A stretch of DNA of 56,068 nucleotides from an uncultured Alphaproteobacteria bacterium (lineage in GTDB: Bacteria; Pseudomonadota; Alphaproteobacteria; HIMB59): the NCBI GenBank assembly GCA_902514885.1, contig CABXST010000001.1:1-56068 (forward strand), given 5' to 3'. Position 1 is the stretch's first letter. The number at the start of each line of letters is the position of its first letter. Below are positions 41,687-51,799 of this stretch, piece after piece. Below the pieces are notes generated by a model. The model was given only the letters and a program-made list of their open reading frames with translations. It was not told the DNA's origin and searched no databases. Both the position numbers and the translations under genes were made by a program.

Positions 41687-43552
41687 ATGTCATTTATAAG
41701 TAAAATTAAATCACCTAAAGATTTAAAAAAATTATCATTAAGTGAATTACAAAAACTTAATGATGAATTAAGGGATTACACTATTGAAATCGTTTCAAAA
41801 ACTGGAGGACATCTAGGTGCTAGTTTGGGAGTCGTAGAGTTAACAGTAGCATTACATTACGTTTTTAATGCACCATCTGATAAAATTATTTGGGATGTGG
41901 GACACCAAACATATCCTCATAAAATTCTTACAGGTAGAAAAAATAAAATACACACTTTAAGAAAGAAAAATGGATTATCTGGTTTTACAAAAAGATCTGA
42001 AAGTATATATGACCCTTTTGGTGCAGCGCACAGTTCTACTTCAATTTCTGCAAGTTTAGGAATTACAGCAGCAAGAGATATCTTAAATAAAAATTTTGAC
42101 GTCATCAGTGTTATAGGTGATGGTGCAATTAGTGCAGGCATGGCTTTTGAAGGACTTAATAACATGGGGCATTTGAATAAAAACTCTCTCATTATCCTCA
42201 ACGATAATGAGATGTCTATTGCTGAACCTGTTGGTGCAATGAGTAAGTATCTTGTTAATCTGTTAAGTTCTAAGTCGTATGAGGGGTTTAGAGACATAAT
42301 AAAGAATTTTACTAAAAGACTTCCAAATGAAGTTGGAGAATTTGCAAAAAAAACTGAGGGATACTTTAAAGGTTATCTCACAGGTAATACTCTATTTGAA
42401 GAATTAGGTTTAAATTATTTAGGTCCTGTAGACGGTCATAATTTAAAGCTATTGGTTCAATTGTTTAAAAAATACAAAAAAAAAGAACTTCATGGACCAG
42501 TATTCTTACACTTGATAACTCAGAAAGGTAGGGGCTATAAACCTGCCGAGCAATCTAAAGATAAATTTCACGGAGTATCATCATTTGATGTCAAGACAGG
42601 TGTTCAAAACAAGTCTAAAGTCGTCACATACACTAATGTCGTAAGTGACACTCTTTTAAAATTAGCAAAAAAAGATAAAAAAATTGTTGCAATAACAGCA
42701 GCAATGCCCTCAGGAACAGGCTTAAATAAATTTCAAGAAAAATATCCTTTGAGATTTTATGATGTAGGAATAGCTGAACAACATGCTGTTACTTTCGCAG
42801 GAGGCATGACTACTGAATCCATAAAGCCTTTTGTTGCAATATATTCTACTTTTCTTCAGAGAGCATATGATCAAGTTGTTCATGATATAGCGATACAGTC
42901 TTTACCTGTTAGATTCTTGATTGATAGGTCAGGATTTGTTGGAGCTGACGGAGCTACACATGCTGGATCTTTTGATCTTAGTTACCTATGTTGCCTTCCT
43001 AATTTTATTGTTATGGCTCCATCTAATGGAGAAGAGTTAAAAAATATGATTAAATTAGCTCAGTCAATTAGTAATAAACCCTCTGCAATAAGATACCCAA
43101 GAGACTTTGCATATGAATATAATAATAACAATAATTTTCAAAAAATATTAGTAGGAAAAGGTAAAATATTAAAAAAAGGAAAAAAAATTGCTTTTCTTAA
43201 TTTAGGCACAAGGTTAAAAAAAGTTTTAGAGATTAATGAAATGATAAAAAATCATCATAAATTAAATTGCACTGTAGTAGATATGAGATTTGCAAAACCA
43301 ATTGATACTAAATTGATACAAAATTTAAATAAAACTCACGATATTTTTATTACCATTGAGGAAAACGCAATAGGTGGCTTTTCTAGTCAGGTAAATGATT
43401 TTTTAATCAATAAACTAAATAAAACTCCAAAAATACTAAACTTCTTTATGAAAGATGAATTTATCGATCAATCTGATATTGATGATCAGTATAATAAATC
43501 TGGAATTTCAAAGAAATTAATATTTGATAAAGTATCGATGCTTTTAAAGTGA
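41687..43552 (+). CDS. dxs: 1-deoxy-D-xylulose-5-phosphate synthase
   Basis: GGHLG, WDVGHQ.YPHK, GDGA...LNDN, GIAEQHAVT, IYSTFLQRAYDQ. Confidence 0.97.
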   Translation: MSFISKIKSPKDLKKLSLSELQKLNDELRDYTIEIVSKTGGHLGASLGVVELTVALHYVFNAPSDKIIWDVGHQTYPHKILTGRKNKIHTLRKKNGLSGFTKRSESIYDPFGAAHSSTSISASLGITAARDILNKNFDVISVIGDGAISAGMAFEGLNNMGHLNKNSLIILNDNEMSIAEPVGAMSKYLVNLLSSKSYEGFRDIIKNFTKRLPNEVGEFAKKTEGYFKGYLTGNTLFEELGLNYLGPVDGHNLKLLVQLFKKYKKKELHGPVFLHLITQKGRGYKPAEQSKDKFHGVSSFDVKTGVQNKSKVVTYTNVVSDTLLKLAKKDKKIVAITAAMPSGTGLNKFQEKYPLRFYDVGIAEQHAVTFAGGMTTESIKPFVAIYSTFLQRAYDQVVHDIAIQSLPVRFLIDRSGFVGADGATHAGSFDLSYLCCLPNFIVMAPSNGEELKNMIKLAQSISNKPSAIRYPRDFAYEYNNNNNFQKILVGKGKILKKGKKIAFLNLGTRLKKVLEINEMIKNHHKLNCTVVDMRFAKPIDTKLIQNLNKTHDIFITIEENAIGGFSSQVNDFLINKLNKTPKILNFFMKDEFIDQSDIDDQYNKSGISKKLIFDKVSMLLK

Positions 43553-44626
43553 TTTAGATTTATTTATTAAATATAGATCTGCCAATACAAAATTTGTCAT
43601 TGCTATACCAACAGGTACTGCTCTTATGCCAACACAGGGATCATGACGACCAATAGTTCTAATTTTTGTCTTTCTCAAATTTTTAGTAATAGTTTTTTTT
43701 TCTGTTAGAACTGAACTCGTAGGTTTTACTACATATCTAAATACAATATCTTGACCAGATGATATTCCGCCTAAAACACCACCTGCGTGATTACTATCAA
43801 AGCTTATATTTTTTTTATTAAGATACATTTGATCAGAAGCATTTGTTCCATCTAAATTTACAAGATTAAATCCACTACCAAATTCAATTCCTTTTACTGC
43901 ATTAATACTCATAATTGCCTTTGATATTTCTGAGTCAAGTTTTTGATAAATTGGTTCCCCAATGCCCACAGGACAATTGGAAACTCTTACTTCTATTATT
44001 GCGCCAAGTGAAGAGCCATTTCTGCGATGAAACAAAATTAATTCTTCCCATTTTTTTACAATATTCTTATTAGGTGAGAAAAACGGATTTTTATTTATAA
44101 AGCTATTATTCCAGGATGTATCATTAATTTTTTCATTTCCTATTTGTATAACTGCACTTGTCACTTTTAATTTATTAATGCAAAACTTTTTAAGAAGTAG
44201 TTCAGCTAAGGCTCCAGCAGCAACTCTCATTGCTGTTTCTCTTGCACTGGATCTTCCACCACCTCTGTAATCATAATTTTTGTATTTCATAAAATAGGTA
44301 TAGTCAGCATGTCCAGGTCTAAATTTATTTTTAATATCTGAATAATCTTTACTTCTCTGATCTGTATTATGAATAATCATTGAAATAGGGGTACCTGTGC
44401 TCTTACCTTCAAAAACACCTGAAAGTATTTTTACTTCATCCTTTTCTTTTCTTTGAGTAGTAAACTTTGATTGGCCAGGTTTTCTCAAATTTAGCTTGGT
44501 TTGGATAAATTTAGTATCAATTGTAATTCCCGATGGAAAACCATCTACTACACATCCTATAGCCTCTCCATGGCTCTCCCCCCATGTAGTAAACTTTAAT
44601 AAATTACCAAAAGAATTGTGTGACAT
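43544..44626 (-). CDS. aroC: Chorismate synthase
   Basis: GESHG, RPGHAD, GGGRSSARET, KPTSS, GRHDPC. Confidence 0.97.
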   Translation of the reverse strand: MSHNSFGNLLKFTTWGESHGEAIGCVVDGFPSGITIDTKFIQTKLNLRKPGQSKFTTQRKEKDEVKILSGVFEGKSTGTPISMIIHNTDQRSKDYSDIKNKFRPGHADYTYFMKYKNYDYRGGGRSSARETAMRVAAGALAELLLKKFCINKLKVTSAVIQIGNEKINDTSWNNSFINKNPFFSPNKNIVKKWEELILFHRRNGSSLGAIIEVRVSNCPVGIGEPIYQKLDSEISKAIMSINAVKGIEFGSGFNLVNLDGTNASDQMYLNKKNISFDSNHAGGVLGGISSGQDIVFRYVVKPTSSVLTEKKTITKNLRKTKIRTIGRHDPCVGIRAVPVGIAMTNFVLADLYLINKSKSL

Positions 44627-44633
44627 AGTTTAA

Positions 44634-45455
44634 TTATTTATTGCTAAACTCATTTAACAACCCTGCTACTCCTTCAGCTTCATCTACAGCTACCATTCCA
44701 ACAGTATGATAACCACAATCAACATGGTGAATTTCACCAGTTACGCCAGAAGAAAGGTCACTTAAAAGATACGTACCAGTATTACCGACATCTTCTAAAG
44801 TTACATTTCTCTTTAATGGAGAGTTAAGTTCATTCCATTTTAAAATAAACCTAAAATCGCCAATACCAGATGCCGCAAGTGTTTTAATTGGACCTGCAGA
44901 TATTGCATTGACTCTAATATTTTTATCTCCCATATCTACAGCTAAATATTTAACTGATGCCTCTAATGCTGATTTGGCAACGCCCATTACATTATAGTGG
45001 GGCATAACTTGTTCTGCTCCATAATAAGTTAAAGTCAAAATACTTCCTCCATCATCCATTAAATCATAACAATATTTACAAGACTCAGTAAATGAATAGC
45101 AAGATATATTTAAACTATTTAAGAAATTTTCTTTTGAAGTATTTACATACTTACCTCTTAATTCATTTTTATCTGCAAAGGCAACTGCATGAACAAAAAA
45201 ATCTAATTTTCCCCATTCATTTTTGATTTGATCAAAAGCTCTTTTAACTGAGCCTTCGTCACTTACATCACATTGTATCAATAGATCAGAACCAACAGAT
45301 TTAGCTAAAGGGTCTATTCTTTTCAATAAAAGATCATTTTGATAAGTGAAAGCTAATTCTGCACCAAATTTCGCACATTGTTGAGCAATGCCCCATGCTA
45401 TAGACTTATCATTGGCTACTCCCATAATTAGTCCTTTTTTATTTTTTAAATCCAT
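44634..45455 (-). CDS. fabI: Enoyl-ACP reductase
   Basis: GVANDKSIAWGIA, YNVMGVAK, ISAGPIKTLAA. Confidence 0.97.
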   Translation of the reverse strand: MDLKNKKGLIMGVANDKSIAWGIAQQCAKFGAELAFTYQNDLLLKRIDPLAKSVGSDLLIQCDVSDEGSVKRAFDQIKNEWGKLDFFVHAVAFADKNELRGKYVNTSKENFLNSLNISCYSFTESCKYCYDLMDDGGSILTLTYYGAEQVMPHYNVMGVAKSALEASVKYLAVDMGDKNIRVNAISAGPIKTLAASGIGDFRFILKWNELNSPLKRNVTLEDVGNTGTYLLSDLSSGVTGEIHHVDCGYHTVGMVAVDEAEGVAGLLNEFSNK

Positions 45456-45486
45456 TTTTTGCTAAAATTAATATAATACTCATACC

Positions 45487-46074
45487 ATGTCAGATAAATT
45501 AAATCCAATTATTAAGTTTAAAGAATGGTTTGATTTAGCCACAGAAAAGGAGATCAATGATCCTAATGCAATGTGTCTTTCAACAGTTGATGATAATAAT
45601 TCTCCTCATTCAAGGATGGTTTTATTAAAGGATTATAGCGATGCTGGTTTTATTTTTTATACTAACTACGAAAGCAACAAAGGAAATGATATTTTAAGAA
45701 ATACCAGTGTTTGCTTAAATTTTCATTGGAAGTCACTGCTAAGACAAATCAGAATAGAGGGCAAAGTTGAAAAAGTATCAAATGAAATATCTGATAAATA
45801 TTTTAATTCTAGACACTATTTAAGTAGAATAGGTGCCTGGGCTTCAAATCAATCAAAGATTTTAAACTCAAGAAGTGATTTAGAAGATAAAATCGAATTT
45901 TACAAAAGTAAGTATCCTGAAAGTAATGATTTTCCTCGACCAGATTACTGGGGTGGATTTATAGTCAAATATTCAAAAATAGAGTTTTGGGAGGATATGC
46001 CCCACAGAATTCACAAAAGAGAAGTGTTTGAAATAAATAATGATAATTGGGTTACCTATACCCTTAGCCCTTAA
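45487..46074 (+). CDS. pdxH: Pyridoxine/pyridoxamine 5'-phosphate oxidase
   Basis: RMVLLK, FYTNYESNKG, RQIRIEG, AWASNQS, WGG, EFW, RIH.R. Confidence 0.96.
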   Translation: MSDKLNPIIKFKEWFDLATEKEINDPNAMCLSTVDDNNSPHSRMVLLKDYSDAGFIFYTNYESNKGNDILRNTSVCLNFHWKSLLRQIRIEGKVEKVSNEISDKYFNSRHYLSRIGAWASNQSKILNSRSDLEDKIEFYKSKYPESNDFPRPDYWGGFIVKYSKIEFWEDMPHRIHKREVFEINNDNWVTYTLSP

Positions 46075-46529
46075 ATTTTTTTTGAGTATTCACTCCATCG
46101 TTTCAATAAATCAGAACTAGATGACTCTTTGTGACTACCACCTATTCCAAACTTCAAATCAATATTGTATTGTTTAGCTGTTTCAAACTCTAAAATTTTA
46201 GAAGAGTCTGATCTATCACCTCCATTAGCAAATATAATTTTATCATTTGAATATTTATTTCTAATTTTTATTAATAAGTTATTTGCACTTCCCTTATCAT
46301 CATCTTCAAATTCCATAGTTTCGTTCACAACATTTAAGCTACTCACAACATATATTCTATGTTGGATATCCATAAAGTAGTTACCTTTTTTATTTATCAA
46401 CCATTTATTAGAATTTACACCAACTATTAAATAATTAGAAAACTTAAGACAATCTTTCATCATCATGATATGTCCAGGATGAATGGGGTCAAAACCACCT
46501 GAAACGATACTTATTACTCTATTTTCCAT
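46071..46529 (-). CDS. HIGH-family cytidylyl/adenylyltransferase
   Basis: SGGFDPIHPGH, VGVNS, FANGGDR, K..SSS. Confidence 0.85.
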   Translation of the reverse strand: MENRVISIVSGGFDPIHPGHIMMMKDCLKFSNYLIVGVNSNKWLINKKGNYFMDIQHRIYVVSSLNVVNETMEFEDDDKGSANNLLIKIRNKYSNDKIIFANGGDRSDSSKILEFETAKQYNIDLKFGIGGSHKESSSSDLLKRWSEYSKKI

Positions 46530-47163
46530 TTTTTATAGAAGATAAATAGCTCTCTAACTTTAAATAATCATCGTTTGAAATATAATTTGGAGATACATTT
46601 AATATATCTTGCCAAGTTGCAAGATAATTTAAATTAACTTTCATTTTTGAAATATTTTTTTTTGCATTAGGGTATATGCCATAGAAAAAAATTACATATA
46701 TGTCTTTTACTTTGAGATCATTTTGTCTTAAAGCCTTTATGAAGTGTAATTTACTACCTCCATCAGTAGCCATATCCTCAACTAAAATTGATTGAGAATG
46801 TTTTTTAAAATCCCCTTCAATTAGTTTTCCTTTTCCAAATCCTTTAGGGCTCTTTCTTATATAAATCATTGGGTTCTTCATCTTCTGACAAAGAAATGAA
46901 GAGTAGGGGATTCCTGCAGTTTCTCCACCTGCTATAACAGTAGAACTATTTTTATATTTAGATCTAATTTGTTTACTTATCTCATTGATAATAATTTCTC
47001 TTTCTTTAGGAAAGGAGATAAGCTTTCTACAATCAACATAAACTGGACTTTTTTTACCAGAAGTTAAGGTAAATTTTTTTTTGAAATTAATATTAACACA
47101 ACCAATACTTAAAAGTAAGTTTGCTATTTTTTCTCTATTATTTTTGATTTTGACCTTCGGCAT
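46519..47163 (-). CDS. pyrE: Orotate phosphoribosyltransferase
   Basis: [36 protein letters not shown] preferred the ATG at 47163 over the TTG at 47175. Confidence 0.92.
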   Translation of the reverse strand: MPKVKIKNNREKIANLLLSIGCVNINFKKKFTLTSGKKSPVYVDCRKLISFPKEREIIINEISKQIRSKYKNSSTVIAGGETAGIPYSSFLCQKMKNPMIYIRKSPKGFGKGKLIEGDFKKHSQSILVEDMATDGGSKLHFIKALRQNDLKVKDIYVIFFYGIYPNAKKNISKMKVNLNYLATWQDILNVSPNYISNDDYLKLESYLSSIKNGK

Positions 47164-47267
47164 TTTTCTGAACAATATTTAACATCATTCCATACTTTTT
47201 CCCATTTTTTTCTCCAATTAAAAGGTCTTTGGCAGACCAAACAAATTTTAAATTCTTTTTTATTCAG
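47124..47267 (-). CDS. DUF2256-type small Cys-rich protein (47 codons, no ATG; CTG follows the upstream stop)
   Basis: Read manually: (L/M)[46 protein letters not shown], matching the CxxC-RPF-WRKKW...W..VKYCS..CR signature. Not in the ORF track. Confidence 0.85.
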   Translation of the reverse strand: MNKKEFKICLVCQRPFNWRKKWEKVWNDVKYCSEKCRRSKSKIIEKK

Positions 47268-47747
47268 TTAAATAATCTTCTCAATTTCTTTATCTTCAAG
47301 ATTACCATTAATAATGACAAGAGGACAATGTAACGAACTTGATTTTTCATATATCAATTTATCAATAAGAGGACCTGGCTTCCCAATATCCTTACTTGTT
47401 GCAAGTATAATGGTAGAGTTAGAGGAATATTTATTCAAAAAATTAACAAATTCATCGATTTCATTAAACTTAAATATTTCTGATTTTGCTTTAATTTTTG
47501 ATTTTTCGAGTATGAAACTGTGCACTTCTTTATGTTTTAGCTTTTCAGTTTCAATTTGATCTTTATCTAAAATTTTCTCAGTTAATGATGTGAGCATCAT
47601 ACCCTCACTAACACTTTGAATGAAACTCACTGTTGTAATACTTGATTTAGTAACTTTTGCCCTTCTTACAGCAAACTTAACAGCAGTCCACATCTCCTCA
47701 CTTTGATCAATAACTACAAAATAATTTCTATTATTAAATTTTTTCAT
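47268..47747 (-). CDS. Universal stress protein family, diverged
   Basis: VVID.SEE...A..FA.RRA, IILA, GKPGPLI, CPLVII; follows tauE-TIGR02186 as in other alphaproteobacteria. Confidence 0.78.
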   Translation of the reverse strand: MKKFNNRNYFVVIDQSEEMWTAVKFAVRRAKVTKSSITTVSFIQSVSEGMMLTSLTEKILDKDQIETEKLKHKEVHSFILEKSKIKAKSEIFKFNEIDEFVNFLNKYSSNSTIILATSKDIGKPGPLIDKLIYEKSSSLHCPLVIINGNLEDKEIEKII

Positions 47748-48421
47748 TTTCTTCTAAATATTAGATTGGTTAATAAACTTAGCAATAATGATATTACAAT
47801 TAAAATAAAAACGTAAATAAAAGACTCTTTTTTTAATAACTCTTCCAATTTAAATGAAATACCACCTTTTTTTATTATTAAATTTTTTGAAGACATTTTT
47901 ATGATTTGATCATTTTTTAATTCATACATATAAACTTTAATATTTCCTGGTGATATATTATCTGGTATCAGAAATTTCTTTAAAAATAAATTTCCATTTA
48001 AGTTTTCAAGTTCCTCCTCAATATACAAATTTTTACTTTTCATTGCTTTTCTGATTTCATATAGCCTTAAAGAAGGGTTACTTATTAGCGGATGTTTATC
48101 TTTTAAAGTCGATAATAGAAATATTTCATTTAAAGTTTTTTTTGGGGTGGTAAAGATAGCAAAAAAACTAGGTTGATTATTTAAACTTCGAGTTTTGTTG
48201 ATCCATAAATAACCTTCTTTAACCTTAGTTGTTAATTTAGCCTCCTTATCTTCTCCCTCAAAAATAAAAATGATACTACTTTCTTTGTCTTTGTTGCCAA
48301 ACAACACCACTTCTTTACCTAAAAAATTTGAATTTATTTCAATGTCAAATTCATCTAAAGAAAAATTAGATGCAAAAGTAATTTTAGAAAATAATAAAAT
48401 AATTAAGACGAATTTATACAT
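47744..48421 (-). CDS. TIGR02186-like membrane protein
   Basis: Signal, I.SNF.G.EVVLFG, K...LWIN, PSFFA, C-terminal TM; downstream of tauE. Start at 48421 preferred. Confidence 0.75.
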   Translation of the reverse strand: MYKFVLIILLFSKITFASNFSLDEFDIEINSNFLGKEVVLFGNKDKESSIIFIFEGEDKEAKLTTKVKEGYLWINKTRSLNNQPSFFAIFTTPKKTLNEIFLLSTLKDKHPLISNPSLRLYEIRKAMKSKNLYIEEELENLNGNLFLKKFLIPDNISPGNIKVYMYELKNDQIIKMSSKNLIIKKGGISFKLEELLKKESFIYVFILIVISLLLSLLTNLIFRRK

Positions 48422-49316
48422 AATTGATAATAAATAGATTTTCAGGAGTTCTAAATAAATCATATGCTAAAAAAGAAGAAATAATTAATAACAGCATTCC
48501 AAATGTTACTTTTAAATTTTCTTGATCAAGTAAATCAACTATTCTTGATGCAACTGCAGCACCAACAGAACTACTAACGATTAAAACTAAAGCTAATACA
48601 AAATCTATATTTTGATTAATATAAATTTGCAAAAACAAAGACACAAATGCCACTATTGTGATGTTAAATAGTGACGTTCCTATGACTGAAATTGTTTTCA
48701 TTCCTAAAAGATAAATCATACAAGGTATAAGTATAAAACCCCCACCTATCCCAGTCAGACCAGTCAATACTCCAATAAGAAAACCTATAAATAGAGGAGC
48801 TAAAATACTTATATACAATTTTGATTTTCTATATTTAAATTTTAATGGAAGACCGTGTATCCAAGAATGCTGATGCAATTTAAATTTTTTATCTTTATGA
48901 ACAATATTAACTTTTGCAGTTTCGTATAGAATAAATGTAGCAGTAATGATTAACAGGACGATATATATGCTATTCAAATAATTATCTATTAAGCCAATAT
49001 TTTTCAGATTATTTAAGATTAACACTCCAAAAAATGTTCCAAATAATCCTCCAATAACCATTGTTACACCCATTTGGTAATCTATATTTTTTCTTTGAAA
49101 ATGACTTACTACTCCTGTTGAAGTAGAAGCAAATACTTGAACAGTAGTAGTTCCAACTGCCACTGCTGGAGGTATTCCAACTAATATCAATAAAGGGGAG
49201 GATATAAATCCCCCACCAATACCAAAGAGTCCAGAAATAAAACCTATTCCAATACCAAGGGAAATTAATATATAAATATTTATAGATATTTCTGCAATAG
49301 GTAGGTAAAAATTCAT
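48414..49316 (-). CDS. TauE/SafE family sulfite exporter
   Basis: YLPIAE start, duplicated G.FGIGGGF...P motifs, GTSLF, SKLYIS. Confidence 0.9.
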   Translation of the reverse strand: MNFYLPIAEISINIYILISLGIGIGFISGLFGIGGGFISSPLLILVGIPPAVAVGTTTVQVFASTSTGVVSHFQRKNIDYQMGVTMVIGGLFGTFFGVLILNNLKNIGLIDNYLNSIYIVLLIITATFILYETAKVNIVHKDKKFKLHQHSWIHGLPLKFKYRKSKLYISILAPLFIGFLIGVLTGLTGIGGGFILIPCMIYLLGMKTISVIGTSLFNITIVAFVSLFLQIYINQNIDFVLALVLIVSSSVGAAVASRIVDLLDQENLKVTFGMLLLIISSFLAYDLFRTPENLFIINYV

Positions 49317-49360
49317 ATATTGTTTAAAAATATTATACTTAAAATTAATAAAATAAATTA

Positions 49361-49894
49361 ATGATTAAATATACCTTAGCATTCGCGTGTTCAAGCGATG
49401 GTTTTATTGCGAAATACTCTGGGGATAATCCATTTGAATGGACAAGCCATGAAGATAAAAATCACCTAAATACCCTAATTAAGAATCATAAATGGCAGGT
49501 AATGGGTAGGAAAACTCATGAATTAAATCCTAATGACGCTAGATCAAGAGTTATCTTTTCAAGAAAATACCAAGAAATTAAACAAATCAAAAATTCTATT
49601 AATCAATTCTATTTTAACCCAGACTTTAATCAGTGGGAAGAATTTGAAAATCTTTGCCAAGAAAGTGTTTTAGTATTGGGAGGAACTAGCGTTCACGACT
49701 ATTTTTTATATGCTGACTTAATTGATGAGATTTTTATTACTATTGAACCTCTTACATTTAATGAAGGTATACCAGCTTTTACATACATAAACTTTAAAGA
49801 TCTAACCCCTTATTTAGAGGAAAGAGGATATCGTCATACTGAACAAAAAATTAATGATGGTGGGTCTTTATTAGTTAGTTTCTCTAAAACTTAA
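49361..49894 (+). CDS. Dihydrofolate reductase / RibD C-terminal-like reductase
   Basis: A.SSDGFIA, W.S.ED, VMGRKT, LGG, LIDEIFITIEP...GIP. Confidence 0.8.
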   Translation: MIKYTLAFACSSDGFIAKYSGDNPFEWTSHEDKNHLNTLIKNHKWQVMGRKTHELNPNDARSRVIFSRKYQEIKQIKNSINQFYFNPDFNQWEEFENLCQESVLVLGGTSVHDYFLYADLIDEIFITIEPLTFNEGIPAFTYINFKDLTPYLEERGYRHTEQKINDGGSLLVSFSKT

Positions 49895-50476
49895 AAACTC
49901 ATTGTAATCATCTTTATCGTTTACATTAAAAAACTCAACTTTTTTATCTTTTGTAAAATTTACAAAATCAAATCCTATTTCATCTGCAAACTTCATAATT
50001 TTGTATCCATCATTGTTTAGAAGAACATTTTCTAAGTTCTTATAAATTTTTAAAGACCAAAAAGAAAACATTGGTTCAACAATATTATTAATCTTGGAAA
50101 TATATGCATTGTTATTTTTCTTAGAAATTGAAAGAAAAATATCTATTAATTTAGTATTTATAATTGGTGCATCAGTAGGAAAAAGCGCAAACCATAGATC
50201 CTCATCTATGTTCTTGTATAAATTTAGAGCGCTATGTAAACCAGCTAAGGGTCCTTTATAACCCTCAATTTTATCTTTAACGACTCTGTATCCTAATTCT
50301 TCGTATTTCTGAATATCCCTATTTGCATTAATAATAATTTCATCTGATTTTTCTTTAAGACTATTAGTTAAAATCTCAATAAAATTTTTGTTATTAAATT
50401 TTAAAAAACTTTTATTTTCATGGCCCATTCTTGAAGATTTACCCCCAGTCAGGATAACTGATATAAGTTTACTCAT
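49871..50476 (-). CDS. mobA: Molybdenum cofactor guanylyltransferase
   Basis: LTGGKSSRMG..K, INANR, GPLAGL, PTDAP, FFNVN. Confidence 0.9.
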   Translation of the reverse strand: MSKLISVILTGGKSSRMGHENKSFLKFNNKNFIEILTNSLKEKSDEIIINANRDIQKYEELGYRVVKDKIEGYKGPLAGLHSALNLYKNIDEDLWFALFPTDAPIINTKLIDIFLSISKKNNNAYISKINNIVEPMFSFWSLKIYKNLENVLLNNDGYKIMKFADEIGFDFVNFTKDKKVEFFNVNDKDDYNEFLSFRETN

Positions 50477-51281
50477 TGCTGGTATATCTAAAGTCGCCAG
50501 ATAAAATATTAAATCTTTTACCTCTTACTCTACCAATCATTGTTAAGTTTTTTTTTCTAGCAATTTCAACAGCCCAGGCTGTAAATCCTGAACGTGAGAG
50601 TAATATAGGTACCTCCATTTTAATACACTTCAATACCATTTCACTCGTTAATCTACCTGTAGTATAAAAAGACATTTCTTTAACATTAATTTTTTTCTCT
50701 AGTATTAAACCAGCGATTTTATCAACAGCATTATGTCTTCCTACATCCTCAAAATAGTAAAGAGGATTTTCTCCTTTACAAAGCACACATCCATGAATAG
50801 CGCCAACAGATAAATACAAACTTGGTTCAGTATTAATTTTTTTTGATAAATTAATTAATTGTTGATGGTTAATTTTTATTTTCTTATTTAAGGAAATTGA
50901 ATTTATTTCTTCAAACAAATCTCCAAATACGGTACCTTGAGCACAACCAGAGGTATTTACTTTCTTTTTTAATTTTTCTTCATAATTTGTTTTGCTCTTG
51001 GTTCTAACAACTACTGTTTTTAGGTCTTTATGAAATTCAATTTTTTTTACATCCTCAATACTATTCAACATTCCCTGATTGAATAGATATCCAATAGCTA
51101 AATATTTTGGATAATCGCCAATAGTCATGATTGTCACAATTTCCTGATTATTCAAATAAAGTGTAAGTGGTTTTTCTTCAATAATTGGAATTTTTGTTAT
51201 TTCTCCTTTTTCATTAATTGATTTTTTTAATTTGAATAAGGATTTATTATTTACACTTGGTTTGATTAAAAAATCTGTCAT
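50469..51281 (-). CDS. fdhD: Formate dehydrogenase accessory sulfurtransferase
   Basis: E.PLTLYLN, SGCAQG, GAIHGC, EDVGRHNAVDK, TTGRLTSEMV.K. Start at 51281 preferred. Confidence 0.93.
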   Translation of the reverse strand: MTDFLIKPSVNNKSLFKLKKSINEKGEITKIPIIEEKPLTLYLNNQEIVTIMTIGDYPKYLAIGYLFNQGMLNSIEDVKKIEFHKDLKTVVVRTKSKTNYEEKLKKKVNTSGCAQGTVFGDLFEEINSISLNKKIKINHQQLINLSKKINTEPSLYLSVGAIHGCVLCKGENPLYYFEDVGRHNAVDKIAGLILEKKINVKEMSFYTTGRLTSEMVLKCIKMEVPILLSRSGFTAWAVEIARKKNLTMIGRVRGKRFNILSGDFRYTSNE

Positions 51282-51310
51282 ATTTTTCTTGATTGTATTA
51301 TGGTGACAAA

Positions 51311-51799
51311 GTGAAAACAATAGCTGTTATTGGTTGGAAAAATAGTGGCAAAACCACTTTGGTAAGTAATATAGTAAAATTTTTTAAAGAAAAAAAAATA
51401 AAAGTTGGTGTCGTAAAACATGCTCACCACTCATTTGATATTGATCATCCTAATACGGATAGCTATAAAATACGAAAATCTGGAGCATACAAAACAACAC
51501 TGGTATCTGATAAAAGACTTGCTTTAATGGAAGAGAAAATTACACCAGAAATACATCTAGGCAGTTTAATAGATCTCAATAAAGATTGTGATTTATTAAT
51601 ATTTGAGGGTTTTAAGAGTTATGATGAGTTAATAAAACTAGAGGTACATTTACAAAAGAACGATAAAGACTACCTCTATAAATTTACTAATAATGTTAAA
51701 TACTTAGTTACAGATGATGATTTGGATCATCCAATAAAAACCTTTAATCATAGTCAGATAGATAAAATTGCATCAGAGATATATAATGAAAATTCCTAA
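51311..51799 (+). CDS. mobB: Molybdopterin-guanine dinucleotide biosynthesis protein B
   Basis: GWKNSGKTTL, KHAHH.FDID...DS, EGFK. GTG at 51311 preferred. Confidence 0.93.
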   Translation: MKTIAVIGWKNSGKTTLVSNIVKFFKEKKIKVGVVKHAHHSFDIDHPNTDSYKIRKSGAYKTTLVSDKRLALMEEKITPEIHLGSLIDLNKDCDLLIFEGFKSYDELIKLEVHLQKNDKDYLYKFTNNVKYLVTDDDLDHPIKTFNHSQIDKIASEIYNENS

